Shown one piece after another: positions 27,431 to 37,862 of a DNA stretch of 64,000 bases. The position numbers were made by a program, and so were the translations under genes. Position 1 is the first letter of the stretch; the number at the start of each line of letters is the position of its first letter. Below the pieces are notes generated by a model that worked only from the letters and a program-made list of their open reading frames with translations, was not told the DNA's origin and did no database searches. The DNA comes from an uncultured Eubacteriales bacterium (GTDB lineage: Bacteria > Bacillota > Clostridia > Christensenellales > UBA1242): the NCBI GenBank assembly GCA_949031345.1, contig CARNVA010000008.1, forward strand, positions 7,661 through 71,660, written 5' to 3'.

Positions 27431-28338
27431 GCGATAATGTTATAACCGTCAAAAATCTCACCAAAGATTATGGCAAAGGCCGAGGGATATTCGAGATATC
27501 CTTTGAGCTGAGACGAGGAGAAACGCTTGGCTTTATTGGCGCAAATGGAGCAGGCAAGACCACCACATTAAGAAATATAATGGGCTTTTTAAAATGTGAC
27601 AGCGGCGAAATCGAAGTCGAAGGAATGAACGCTTGGCAAGATGCTGAGAAAATTAAAAAATATATCGGATATGTTCCGGGCGAGATTGCCTTCCCCGACC
27701 TAAAAACTGGCACCGCGTTTATCAAATCGCAGGCAGAGCTTTTAGCTCTTAAAGATATGACCTATGCAAATCAGCTTGCCTGCAAGCTTCAGCTTGACCT
27801 TTCGGCTGGGCTTAAGCGTATGAGCAAGGGCATGAAACAAAAAACAGCCTTGGTAGCCGCGCTTATGAACGATCCTGAAATATTGATTTTAGACGAGGCA
27901 ACGACAGGACTTGACCCACTTATGCGACTTGCCTTTCTCGAAATTATGGAGGAGGAAAAGCGAAAAGGTAAATCAATCATCATCACTTCTCATCTCTATG
28001 AAGAGCTGGAAAAGATTTGTGACCGCGTTGCACTTATTGACAAAGGACATATCATCAATATCATCGACATGAAAAAATTTTGCAGTCGCACCTTGAGAGA
28101 ATTTAAAATTGAATTTAAAAATAAAAACGACTATAAAGATTTTTGCAAACTTGACTATCAAATCATTCGCAAGCAGCCAAACTTCAATCAAGTGACAATC
28201 TCAATTGAAAAGAATGCTCTTTCCCAACTTTTTAAAGAGCTTTCAATGTTTGATGTGAAATTTATCTCAGAAGTAAAATACACACTTGAAAATGCACTTT
28301 TGGCCAATTTAAAAAACGACAAAGTGGACGAAAAATGA
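27427..28338 (+). CDS. ABC transporter ATP-binding protein (second subunit)
   Basis: Walker A GANGAGKTT, signature MSKGMKQK, Walker B ILILDEATTGLD. There is a 4-nt start/stop overlap. Confidence 0.9.
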   Translation: MSDNVITVKNLTKDYGKGRGIFEISFELRRGETLGFIGANGAGKTTTLRNIMGFLKCDSGEIEVEGMNAWQDAEKIKKYIGYVPGEIAFPDLKTGTAFIKSQAELLALKDMTYANQLACKLQLDLSAGLKRMSKGMKQKTALVAALMNDPEILILDEATTGLDPLMRLAFLEIMEEEKRKGKSIIITSHLYEELEKICDRVALIDKGHIINIIDMKKFCSRTLREFKIEFKNKNDYKDFCKLDYQIIRKQPNFNQVTISIEKNALSQLFKELSMFDVKFISEVKYTLENALLANLKNDKVDEK

Positions 28339-28413
28339 TTTAAATTATACACCAAATATATAAAAGACAGGCAAAAATAACCTGTCAATAAAAAACAAAA
28401 GGAGGATAAAAAT

Positions 28414-30027
28414 ATGCTAAGCAAACCACTTTTCAAACAATCATGTAAAGCAAACATGGGTTTATGGTCATTCGTAACTGGCATAACTTGCGTAATTCTT
28501 GCCGTGCTGATTTTGGTTATTGGAAATCTAAGTGTAGGCACAGTTTCAAGCTCTATGATTGACATGTTTATTTCCAACTCGATTGAAGCTTCAGTCAAAA
28601 GGCAGGCAACAACCTACTACGACATGACCGAAACCGCACTTACAAACTTTGATGAAAACACAACTTCGTTGGACTATCTGTTAAACACCTCCCTTGACGA
28701 ACAGCAAAAGTCGCAAATAATTAGCACCTACAACTTGCTTATCGCAAGCGGAAAAACTGACGAGGAAGTACGAAAATTGATGTCGTCTTACCTTCCTGAA
28801 GAGCAAGCATTGGCTGTTGGCACTCTGCTTGACTACTATCTTGCAATGAAAGCTGAAGACGGCACAATTGACTATTCCCAAAACACCATAAACGAATATA
28901 TTTTAAGGATAATCGAAGAGGAGATATATCAGCAGCTTGAAGCAGAAACAGGCGTTGAAGCAGCCACCTACGCCCGTCAATTTATTCACCAAGCTGTAAC
29001 AGACTTTGTCGCGTCAAACTCTGACAATCCCGGCGAATATGCCACCTATTACATACCTTCCGTTCTCGAAGAAGTATTCTATTCGCAAAGCATTGAAACT
29101 GACGGAGAAACTGTTGCCGTCGCCGACTATTTCACCAAGGAAGAAATAAATTCAACTGCTCTTTCGGCAATTCTATCTTTCCGAGCTGAGTTGACATATA
29201 AAACAAACCAGCTTCGCCAGGAAATTTTATCCGAACACCCAGAATATTCACAGCAGCAAGTTGAGCAGCTTATTGCTGCTGAAATAACCTCATTTAAGAC
29301 AACACTAATCACCAAAATTTCAAAAAGTCTGCTTGACGACCTTTCAGAAGATGTATCAACCTCTCTAAAAGAGCTTGGCCAAATGGACATGGGCGAGCTT
29401 GTAATCGGCTCTATGTTTTTCAAAATGGCAGGTATACTTCTTCCAATCGTATATATAATCATGGCGTCAAACAACCTCATTTCTGCTCAAGTTGACAGTG
29501 GCTCAATGGCTTATGTGCTTTCAACGCCAACAAAAAGAAACACTGTCTCTATCACTCAAATGGCATATCTGGTACTTTCGCTTTTTGCCATGTTTGCCTG
29601 CACTACAGTCGTCGGTATGATTTGTCTGGCAATTGCAGGAAGCTCGATAACCATCACCTATGGCCAACTTGCCCTGCTAAACCTGGGCGCTTTCATAACC
29701 ATGTTTGCAATATCTGGAATATGCTTTCTCACTTCAAGCTGGTTTAACAGAAGCAAACTTTCAATGTCAATTGGTGGAGGACTTTCAATGTTCTTCTTTG
29801 TGGCAACCATTCTTGGCTTATTTGGCTCGACAAGCATTCCAAACATGATGAGAGTTGACGCGATGAATTTCTTTAACTATCTCTCAATAATAAGCCTATT
29901 TGACTGCCTGTCAATACTAGAAGGCAGTTTGACATTCTTATGGAAACTGGCAATTCTACTTGGCATAGGAATTGTCACCTATATCATCTCAATAGTCAAA
30001 TTTAAGAAAAAAGACCTTCCTCTTTGA
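28414..30027 (+). CDS. ABC-2-type permease with a large extracytoplasmic loop (537 aa)
   Basis: An N-terminal TM helix and a roughly 300-aa soluble loop are followed by a cluster of C-terminal TM helices. It lies downstream of the two ATPase genes. Confidence 0.75.
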   Translation: MLSKPLFKQSCKANMGLWSFVTGITCVILAVLILVIGNLSVGTVSSSMIDMFISNSIEASVKRQATTYYDMTETALTNFDENTTSLDYLLNTSLDEQQKSQIISTYNLLIASGKTDEEVRKLMSSYLPEEQALAVGTLLDYYLAMKAEDGTIDYSQNTINEYILRIIEEEIYQQLEAETGVEAATYARQFIHQAVTDFVASNSDNPGEYATYYIPSVLEEVFYSQSIETDGETVAVADYFTKEEINSTALSAILSFRAELTYKTNQLRQEILSEHPEYSQQQVEQLIAAEITSFKTTLITKISKSLLDDLSEDVSTSLKELGQMDMGELVIGSMFFKMAGILLPIVYIIMASNNLISAQVDSGSMAYVLSTPTKRNTVSITQMAYLVLSLFAMFACTTVVGMICLAIAGSSITITYGQLALLNLGAFITMFAISGICFLTSSWFNRSKLSMSIGGGLSMFFFVATILGLFGSTSIPNMMRVDAMNFFNYLSIISLFDCLSILEGSLTFLWKLAILLGIGIVTYIISIVKFKKKDLPL

Positions 30028-30157
30028 CGCAATTAAAACTATTAAGCACTTTGACATTTCGCAGTTTTTCTTCACCTTTCTCGTTGCTTTGCACACCAAC
30101 TATTTACATATTCTTCATTTTTATTCCTATACTTCCTTGTTCAATAATTTACTCAAA

Positions 30158-30195
30158 ACAAAAAGCAGAGCCTTATTTAAAGCTCTGCTTTTTTA
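30158..30195. terminator. bidirectional terminator between convergent genes
   Basis: An 8-bp stem (AGCAGAGC / GCTCTGCT) flanked by A and T runs. Track ORF 30024..30251 spans it and is spurious. Confidence 0.75.
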
Positions 30196-30310
30196 TATCA
30201 TTCTCAACTTCTTTTGTGTTCGAAAGCATTTCTATTTATAGTTATTTTTAACTATATATTTTTCTTTGAAAATTGTTATTTAAAAAATTAAATTTTAAAG
30301 CAACACAAGC

Positions 30311-31843
30311 TTAATCAGCTTTTAAGTTTTCTTTTACTTGTTTCTTAAAAAGTTTGTCAGCAACAACTTTAAAATATTTTGTTGTAAGTGGCAATGCAAG
30401 CACCAAATAGGTAGCCATTCCAAGAATTACTGCCAGCAAAAGACCAAATATTCCACCCATAACCGAGAGCGAAATTCTGACAATCATAAACATTATCGCA
30501 ACAGAAAGAAGAGGAAGCATGATGTCAAAGAATGGAAATTTGATAAGCGAGCCCAGTTTAATTAAAACGCACACAGATACGATAAGGGCAAGCACAATGT
30601 TGGAAATGGCTATTGCGAATATTGAAATAGTCTTCATTGGCGCGAAGATAAACAAAAATGCAAGTTTACCAACTCCGCCAAGTGCGCTGAAGACAAGAGA
30701 ATAAGAATAATATCCGTTTGCCTGCAATAGTGCAAGCAAAAATTGCATTATCGCAGTCAAGATGATGGAAATTCCAGTCAAGAGCGTCAACTGCATTGCA
30801 ATTTTCATCAGTCCTGTCATCAATTTTGGATAGATTATCGGATACAGTCCTCCACTTATTGACATTATGCCCACAACAAGCGGAAGTAAAATAAACCACA
30901 TTGCCAAGAAAGATTTTTCAATGAGTTTACGCTGTCCAGCGACATCTCCTTGTGCAGCCAAAAATGAAAGGTTTGGCAAAAGCGAAACAGCAACCGCAAC
31001 CGAGATAATAAGTGGAAAATTCATAATTGCCCCAACAACCCCCGTTTGCAGACCATAAAGTGAGGTGGCAACATCACGACTTAAGCCCGCTTTAAGCAAG
31101 AGCGTTATAATAAAAAGACCCTCGATTGCATGCGTAAGTGGCACAATTACACCGCCAAAAGAAAGGGGCAAAGAAGCCTTGAAAAATTCATTTTTCCCTT
31201 CCTTCCCAAAATTAAACTTTTCAACATGCGCTCCTCGCCAGCCCAGATAAAACGCTGCCAAAACTTCACTCACAAGAATGCCCAAAAACGCACCAAAAAC
31301 CCCTCTTGTGATATTGTTCTCACCCAGCAAATAGGCAAAAACAAGACCAAAACCAAACTTTGAAACCTGTTCTATAATCTGACTAACAGCTGTTGGCGTC
31401 ATGTTGTTATAGCCCTGCAAAAGCCCTCTCATAACCCCAACAAATGCCCCTAGTGGAAGAATTAAGGCAACCACATAATAGCAGCTTGCACCCCCACTCA
31501 GTCCCTGCAAAGAAGATATCGGACTTGCAAAAGTCAAAAATATAAGAGCAAACAACAGACTTACGCCGCAAGAAAAGAGAAAGCCATATCTTAAATAAGA
31601 GCCTATTACTCGATGGTCACCTCTTGCCCTTGCACTTGAGGTAAGTTTTGAAAGGGCATTGGTTACGCCGCCTGAGACAAACACCAGTGCAAGCGAATAG
31701 ATTGACATAATCATCTGAAACATGCCAATGCCCTCCATTCCAACAATATTTGTAAGAGGCAGGCGAAAAAGTCCGCCAAAAAACTTGCAGATAATTCCGC
31801 TTATAATGAGAATAAAAGCACCCTTTTCTACATTACTTTTCAT
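30311..31843 (-). CDS. MOP-superfamily flippase (MurJ/SpoVB-like polysaccharide biosynthesis protein)
   Basis: 510 aa with about 14 TM helices. The N-terminal pattern is FGGLFRLPLTNIVGMEGIGMFQMIMSIY. Confidence 0.75.
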   Translation of the reverse strand: MKSNVEKGAFILIISGIICKFFGGLFRLPLTNIVGMEGIGMFQMIMSIYSLALVFVSGGVTNALSKLTSSARARGDHRVIGSYLRYGFLFSCGVSLLFALIFLTFASPISSLQGLSGGASCYYVVALILPLGAFVGVMRGLLQGYNNMTPTAVSQIIEQVSKFGFGLVFAYLLGENNITRGVFGAFLGILVSEVLAAFYLGWRGAHVEKFNFGKEGKNEFFKASLPLSFGGVIVPLTHAIEGLFIITLLLKAGLSRDVATSLYGLQTGVVGAIMNFPLIISVAVAVSLLPNLSFLAAQGDVAGQRKLIEKSFLAMWFILLPLVVGIMSISGGLYPIIYPKLMTGLMKIAMQLTLLTGISIILTAIMQFLLALLQANGYYSYSLVFSALGGVGKLAFLFIFAPMKTISIFAIAISNIVLALIVSVCVLIKLGSLIKFPFFDIMLPLLSVAIMFMIVRISLSVMGGIFGLLLAVILGMATYLVLALPLTTKYFKVVADKLFKKQVKENLKAD

Positions 31844-31989
31844 GCTTTTATATTGCTTTAATTGTCTTAAAAGTATGCAAAAAATATTTTAAAATTAAAA
31901 TACGCTTGACATAAAAGCCACTCATGACTAGAATTAAAAAGGCAGTTTAATAATCGGCCACAAATAATGCAAAACTTTAGAGGTAAAAA

Positions 31990-33114
31990 ATGCAAGAGAC
32001 AAAAACTAAAAAAGCACTATTGTCCATTAAAAATTTCTTTATAAAACTTTGGAATTATTACACACTCTACGAAAAGATTTGGTTTTTAAGCATAACCATT
32101 CTCGCTTTCGTTTTCGCCTTTGTTTTCCCAGAAGAAGATATTGGCGGCGTAAACGGAAAGGTGATAATGGCACTTTACCTTCTCAACATATTTACAAACA
32201 TCCTTTGCGAGCTTTTGATTTCAAAGCAGTCAAAATGGAATTTCCTCGTTTCGCTTATTGTTGAAGCTTCAGAAATCGCGATTTTAATCATCTGCTCTTT
32301 CCGCTTCGCCACAATGGCAGCAACGATATTCTTCTGGATTCCAATCGACATAATCTCCTTCTTTGTATGGCACAAACACCCTGACAAAAAAGAGACCGAG
32401 CTTACCGAGGTGCGAAAGCTAAGCGGCTGGCAACGCGTTGCTGTAATAATTGGCATAATCGTGTGGACTGTTGGAATTGGCTATCTTCTCACACTGATTG
32501 ATACAGAAAATGGCATACTCTCATCTCAGCCTACCCTTGAAAAAGTATGCTGCTATCTCGATGCATGTTGCAGCGCAGTGGGAATTGCAAATGGGCTTTT
32601 CATATTGTTTCGCTATCAAGAACAATGGATTGCTTGGTATATGGTCACCTTCCTCGAAATTGCCCTGAACATTATCTCTGGAATGTGGGTGCTGCTTGTG
32701 CTTAAAGCGGGCTATCTGACAAACACCACTTATGGATATATTAAATGGAACAAATACATAAAAGCTCATCAAAAAACTGATGCTCAAATTGATGACGGCT
32801 CAAACGACTTATCTGACGAAAATTCCAGCACAAAGCCTGAAACCATAACTGATGTCATAAACAACGCTCACGCTGAAGCTCAAACTGACGAAAAAATCGA
32901 CACTCAAACTGATGTTATACTTGACGCCAACAATGACAACGGCTTGAATGTTCAAACTGATGTAGAGGCTGTCGACGCAACTGCAAATGCTCAATTAGGC
33001 GAAATCAGCACCAAAAGTGAGACAAACTTAGCAGGCACACCTCAGCAAGAAAATGCTCCAGCTATATTAAATGGCGTTCCACAAAACTCGCCTAAAGATA
33101 ACCCAGCTACTTAA
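31990..33114 (+). CDS. pnuC: nicotinamide riboside transporter PnuC with a roughly 115-aa low-complexity C-terminal extension
   Basis: PnuC-like helices and motifs (LISKQSKWNF, WIAWYMV, GYIKW). The D/T/Q/N-rich tail has repeated QTD. Confidence 0.7.
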   Translation: MQETKTKKALLSIKNFFIKLWNYYTLYEKIWFLSITILAFVFAFVFPEEDIGGVNGKVIMALYLLNIFTNILCELLISKQSKWNFLVSLIVEASEIAILIICSFRFATMAATIFFWIPIDIISFFVWHKHPDKKETELTEVRKLSGWQRVAVIIGIIVWTVGIGYLLTLIDTENGILSSQPTLEKVCCYLDACCSAVGIANGLFILFRYQEQWIAWYMVTFLEIALNIISGMWVLLVLKAGYLTNTTYGYIKWNKYIKAHQKTDAQIDDGSNDLSDENSSTKPETITDVINNAHAEAQTDEKIDTQTDVILDANNDNGLNVQTDVEAVDATANAQLGEISTKSETNLAGTPQQENAPAILNGVPQNSPKDNPAT

Positions 33115-33299
33115 AAGATTTATTTAACAATATGGTATGCGAATAAGACACTAATAACGAAAAAAACTATAAAAATTTACTCAATCATTAAAAACAAAAG
33201 ATAAAATTAAAACAATAAATTATGACAAAAGAATAAAATAAAATTTAAGCTAAGCTTACAAACAAAAAAGCTCCCTGTTATAAGGGAGTTTTTTAATTA

Positions 33300-34106
33300 T
33301 TATAAATCAGTGTTTTTCTCTTCTTCAACAAGCTTAACATTCTTTTTGTCAAGCAAAATTCTTTTGCCATCCAAAAGACACTTTTTGCCGTCATCACAAA
33401 TTCTTTCAAGACTTCCATCTTTGATTTTATAAGCAAGGCCATAAAGCTCTGCCTTATTTTCATCAAGTAATATATAACTTCCTTGAGGAAGGGCGATAAA
33501 TTCGCGACCCTTGCTGTCTGGAATATAGCATTCTTCAAGCAAGTTGAAACTGCAAAAATTAAATTCATTTCCATTGTCAAGATTGAAATGCGGAATAATT
33601 ACAAGCTCATAAAGCCCAATTCCATCAAGCCATCTTTCAAGCTTAACTTCTGTGTCATCTTCTGGATATTGATAGACCTCTTTACCAAGATTCATTGCCC
33701 CAGCGCTCTTTCCAACCACTACAGCAGATGAATTTTCTAAAAGCTTTGAAAACTTAATATCTTTCAAAAACTCAAGTTGGTCGCCAAGTTTTCCGCCCTG
33801 CAAATATATCAAATCGGCCTTTTCAATCAATGTTTTTGCCTGACTTTTATTTTTATTATTCAAAAGAGACATTTTCTTGAAAGGCATACCGCTTTTTTGC
33901 AGCCCTTCAAAGATAAATCTGGCACTTTCAAAATCATATAAACTCTCGTTTGGTGTATTGCAAATAAAAACAAAATTATCGCATTTTGACAAGCTGTTTT
34001 TTAAGTTTTTCGCAAAGCTGTTGTGCCTGTCCACCTTGCAACCAATTTTCACACCTTCTTTATTTCTTAAACTGATTAAGCTTTCACTAAGTAAAAATAA
34101 TTTCAT
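33300..34106 (-). CDS. S51 peptidase family protein (dipeptidase E-like)
   Basis: Motifs are IYLQGG and the nucleophile motif VVGKSAGAM. Confidence 0.7.
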   Translation of the reverse strand: MKLFLLSESLISLRNKEGVKIGCKVDRHNSFAKNLKNSLSKCDNFVFICNTPNESLYDFESARFIFEGLQKSGMPFKKMSLLNNKNKSQAKTLIEKADLIYLQGGKLGDQLEFLKDIKFSKLLENSSAVVVGKSAGAMNLGKEVYQYPEDDTEVKLERWLDGIGLYELVIIPHFNLDNGNEFNFCSFNLLEECYIPDSKGREFIALPQGSYILLDENKAELYGLAYKIKDGSLERICDDGKKCLLDGKRILLDKKNVKLVEEEKNTDL

Positions 34107-34120
34107 TCTTTCTCCTAATT

Positions 34121-35233
34121 TTAAACCATATCATCTGGCAATTTTTTTGCAAATGAATAGTTTGAATAAGCTTTGTCGTCAGTGACCTCTCTTATCACCT
34201 TAATAAAGCTTGGCATTTCAATTTTTTCGTCCTCACTTGCAAGCTCGATTTCCATAATCGCATTTTTTTCTGCAAAAGGATAGATATCAATCTCAAAATA
34301 TTTTCCATCTTGCATGAGACAATATCTGTCTTTGCGAACGGGTTTCAAATTGGTATCTGCACTTTCAAGGTAGGTAAGATATTGCTTTTGTGTAATTCTC
34401 TTTTCAAACTCCACCCTCTTAATAGGCGAAATTTTTCTTTTTGTCGTATGTGTGTAAATATAATTCCCATCAAGCCCGCGTTGTCTAACCCTAGTCTCAT
34501 CACCCTTAGGTGAAATCAAATAGGTCTGAATAATGCTTACTTTCTTGCAGTTTGGAAGAGCTTCAAGCTTTTCAAGGTCAGGCTTTTCAATTAAAAATTT
34601 CCTTTCAATTTCAAAAGGTGTAGGCTCGCCAAGCAATGCACATATTTCCTTTATAAGCCTGTTTATCTTGCCTTCAAAATCGGTTGAGTTGTCAATAACT
34701 CTAAAATGCGGATGTCCTGTCCAACAAGCAATTGTGCGGTCATCAATTTCGATTGCCTCTTGCGCAGTCTCTCTTCTTGCCGCGTTGTTTGCAAGGCTGT
34801 AACTTTCTTCAGCACCCTTAGCGCAAGTTACAAGGTGGAAAACTCCGTCATAATCATCTCTTAAAGGAATAAATTCCTTGCCTTCATCCTTTAAAATCTT
34901 ATGAAAAGATGCTTCGTCCAAATATGCAAGCCCATCCATCAATCCTCGATCGCAAACGATTAAAACCTTCTCATCAGGAAGACTTTTGCAACTTTCTTCA
35001 TAGAGTTTTTCTTTGAGAAGCTGAAGCTTGACAATAGGCTTTTGAAATAAACAAGCGTCATAGTTGAACGCTGGCAGTGAAAGCCCATTAAGCGAAAGCT
35101 CTGTTGCAGATTCATTTATGATAACAACTTTATATCCAAGTTTGCTCATCTCGCGCTCAATACAACTAAGCCCTGTTGACTTTCCACCACAAGAGCCTCC
35201 TGTAAGCACAATTTTGTATATTTTCTGGCTCAT
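34121..35233 (-). CDS. P-loop kinase-like (AAA_28/NadR-type) domain fused to a CYTH domain
   Basis: Walker A is LTGGSCGGKST. The CYTH signature EIERKFLI (ExExK) lies at about residue 207. Confidence 0.75.
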   Translation of the reverse strand: MSQKIYKIVLTGGSCGGKSTGLSCIEREMSKLGYKVVIINESATELSLNGLSLPAFNYDACLFQKPIVKLQLLKEKLYEESCKSLPDEKVLIVCDRGLMDGLAYLDEASFHKILKDEGKEFIPLRDDYDGVFHLVTCAKGAEESYSLANNAARRETAQEAIEIDDRTIACWTGHPHFRVIDNSTDFEGKINRLIKEICALLGEPTPFEIERKFLIEKPDLEKLEALPNCKKVSIIQTYLISPKGDETRVRQRGLDGNYIYTHTTKRKISPIKRVEFEKRITQKQYLTYLESADTNLKPVRKDRYCLMQDGKYFEIDIYPFAEKNAIMEIELASEDEKIEMPSFIKVIREVTDDKAYSNYSFAKKLPDDMV

Positions 35234-35555
35234 ATTTTCCTCTTTAATTATATTTATCTTTATTTTTATTGTTTAACTTGATTTTTCTGTCTTTATTTTA
35301 TTTTTAATTTCTCTTATTAAACTTTATTTGTAAGTTTATTTAATTTCTTTATTTATTCTTTCTTATTAAAATTTGATTTTTTATCTTATAAATTTTCTTT
35401 AAACTTTCAGTTTTGATATTGCAAAGCCGTCTTTTTCAGCCTAATTTTTTCAATTTAATCAAATTTTAGAAATTGCTTGAGTCAAATTCTACTCAAGCAA
35501 TCTCACATTAAAAAGTTAGTTTGACTTTTTCTTGCACGAAAACTAAGTTTTTCGC

Positions 35556-37814
35556 TTACATTTCATAGTCATCTTCATATTCATCAAACAAATTTTGCTG
35601 AGGTTTAACAGGTCTGCTTTGATTGCCATTTCCTGCAGTTTTTTGTTGAGAGCTTAAAGTTTGACTTGAAGCTTTATCAGTAAGCATACTCAATTGTCCG
35701 CCTTTTCGCACCTCGGCACTCTTGACATGAATGACTTTTCCGTCGCTGTATCTAAAGTTTGGATTGTCAAAAACTACGAAAATTATTTTCAGATTTTTAT
35801 AGTCACCATTTGGAAAACCATATCCGTCATAACCATCAGTGAAAACAATTCTGTTCACCTTTTTATCTTTTGAGAAAGCACGACAAGCACTATCAATACA
35901 TGTTCCACCACGGCCAACAAATCTGTAAGAGTCAATGTCTTTTGTCTTTTTAATCTCGGTAAAACCATGAAAAGTGTTATCAAAGCAGCCGATTTTAAGT
36001 TTTATATCTCTCGACTCACTGTCTTTGTATGCGTCTTTCAAAAGAGCTTTAACCTGTCTTAAGAAGCCTCTTAAAAGCTCATCATCAATACTTCCGCTGG
36101 TGTCAAGAATGACTTCAGTGGCTGGCTGATCATAATTTTGACGACTTTCAATTCTTGGCATATAGTAGTTGTCGCGACTAGAACGACGATAACTCCACAC
36201 AGAATCAACTTTTTCAAACTCATTTTTCAAGAGTTTCTTCCATGAAACTGCTGCCTTTGCTTCGCCAACTTCTCCAAACGCACCTTCGCCGCTGTCGCTT
36301 CCTTGCCCTCCAGCTTTGACTCTGTCACCAATTCTTTTGCGAATTTCTTCAGCAAGCTTTCTTTTCATATCCTTGTTCATGCTTTGAAATTCTTTTTCAA
36401 GCGCATCATAATCTACATCTTCATCAGCGTTATTTTGATTTTGCTGAGGGCTGTTGCCCTTATCATGTTTTTGTTGCTCGTTTGCTTTTTTATCTTTTTC
36501 AAACTCTTCTTTCTTTTCTTTTCGACTTTGATCAAGTTCTTTTCTGAATTTATCTTCAGCACTTTCCTCGCCGTTTTCATCATTTTCATCTTGGTCTTGA
36601 TTGTCTTGATCTTTGTCTTTATCTTTATTCTTTTCTTTCTTCTTTTGTTCTTCTTCCTTCTTCTTCTCGTATTTCTCTAAAGCCTTTTTCCATCCGTCGT
36701 GGTTTTGAGGTTGTTGTGGAAGAGGTTGATCTTGCTGTCTTTGGTCGCCTTGTCCCTGATTGTAATCTTCCTGTTGTTGCTGTTGACCATTGGCACCGCC
36801 ACCTTGACCTTGTTGGTTATTTTGTCCTTGCTGTTGCTGGTTTTGACCGTTTTGACCACTGCCGCCCTGTCCATGCTGTTGTTGTCCATTCTTCTGGTCG
36901 CTTTGTCCACCATTCTGTCCGCCTTGTGATTTTTGATTGCCATTTTGTCCACTTTGACCGCCGCCTTGACCACCGCCAGATTGACCTTGTTGTGAATTTC
37001 CATCGCTTTGCTGTTGACCTTGCTGGCCATGGCCACCGCCTTGACCTTGCTGATTTTGTTGTTGTCCCTGTTGTCCTTGACCGCTAGACTGTTGTTGCTG
37101 TTGTTTTCCACTGTTGAGGTCTTGCTCGCCTTTTCCATCTTTACTAGATGGGCCATTTTGTTGATTTTGGCCACCTTGACCGCCAGACTGTTGTTGATTT
37201 TGGCCGCCTTGGCTTCCACCTTGACCTTGTTGGTTTTGCTGAGATTGACCTTGCCCGCTTTGTTGTTGCTGGTTTTGACCATTTTGTTGTTGATTATGCT
37301 GAGGGTTTCCCTGTTGACCTTGACCACCAGACTGTTGCTGTTGTTGCCCATTTCTTGCTTGTTGTTGCTGAGCCTGTTGCTGCATTTTGTCATAAACAAC
37401 TTTATACATATCTTCTGCAGATTTGTCTTTCGCTTCTGGCATATCTACCAAACCGTCAGGAAGTTTCAAACCTTCACTGCGTATGATTTCATTGATTACG
37501 GCGTCGGTCGCTATGTTCCAAGCACCCATATCTCTTTCAGTGCCGTCTTTGGCTCTAAGTCTTGGAATATGATTGAAGGCAACATGCATGACTTCATGTG
37601 TCATAATTCCCACTTTTTCATCAAATGAAAGAGAATCCATAAATTGAGGTTCGAAATAAACATTTTCATGGTCTGTCATAGCAGTGCCAACGCCTTTTGC
37701 ATATTTCATATCAAGACCTGACACAGTTGTTCCGAGAGAAGGAAACTTTCTAAGCATTGCCTTTTTTAAATCTTCAAGTTCTTTCTTTCTGTCGTTTTTG
37801 TCAAAGAGTCCCAT
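35556..37814 (-). CDS. HExxH metallopeptidase-domain / VWA-domain protein (DUF2201-type) with a roughly 330-aa disordered insert
   Basis: HEVMHVAFNH lies at residues 73-82. The MIDAS motif is VILDTSGS at about residues 568-575, and RIVFTDGY lies near the C-terminus. Residues about 144-371 are almost only Q/G/N/S. Residues about 375-470 are K/E/D-rich. Confidence 0.85.
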   Translation of the reverse strand: MGLFDKNDRKKELEDLKKAMLRKFPSLGTTVSGLDMKYAKGVGTAMTDHENVYFEPQFMDSLSFDEKVGIMTHEVMHVAFNHIPRLRAKDGTERDMGAWNIATDAVINEIIRSEGLKLPDGLVDMPEAKDKSAEDMYKVVYDKMQQQAQQQQARNGQQQQQSGGQGQQGNPQHNQQQNGQNQQQQSGQGQSQQNQQGQGGSQGGQNQQQSGGQGGQNQQNGPSSKDGKGEQDLNSGKQQQQQSSGQGQQGQQQNQQGQGGGHGQQGQQQSDGNSQQGQSGGGQGGGQSGQNGNQKSQGGQNGGQSDQKNGQQQHGQGGSGQNGQNQQQQGQNNQQGQGGGANGQQQQQEDYNQGQGDQRQQDQPLPQQPQNHDGWKKALEKYEKKKEEEQKKKEKNKDKDKDQDNQDQDENDENGEESAEDKFRKELDQSRKEKKEEFEKDKKANEQQKHDKGNSPQQNQNNADEDVDYDALEKEFQSMNKDMKRKLAEEIRKRIGDRVKAGGQGSDSGEGAFGEVGEAKAAVSWKKLLKNEFEKVDSVWSYRRSSRDNYYMPRIESRQNYDQPATEVILDTSGSIDDELLRGFLRQVKALLKDAYKDSESRDIKLKIGCFDNTFHGFTEIKKTKDIDSYRFVGRGGTCIDSACRAFSKDKKVNRIVFTDGYDGYGFPNGDYKNLKIIFVVFDNPNFRYSDGKVIHVKSAEVRKGGQLSMLTDKASSQTLSSQQKTAGNGNQSRPVKPQQNLFDEYEDDYEM
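36702..37385 (-). repeat. low-complexity Q/G/N/S-coding region (about 230 codons) inside the peptidase-VWA gene
   Basis: Runs such as QQQQQSGGQGQQG and GQGGGHGQQGQQQ. The DNA is a degenerate CAA/CAG/GGN repeat, which creates long spurious ORFs on both strands. Confidence 0.9.
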
Positions 37815-37862
37815 AATTATACCACCTTTAAGTCATGCACACAAAAGTGCCTGCATGATGAT

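Noticed and set aside
30024-30251. Track ORF 30024..30251 (+), 75 aa.
   Set aside because: It spans the bidirectional terminator between the ABC permease and the flippase gene. It has no RBS, and its translation is F/S/I/L-rich.
36303-37628. Several long ORFs on both strands inside the peptidase-VWA gene (for example 36303..36680 +, 36716..37087 +, 37008..37628 + and 36677..37399 -).
   Set aside because: They are frame and strand shadows of the degenerate CAA/CAG/GGN repeat that encodes the Q/G-rich linker. Their translations are L/V/F- or K/N/V-rich low-complexity strings. Only the 752-aa frame has recognisable domains (HExxH, VWA MIDAS) at both ends.
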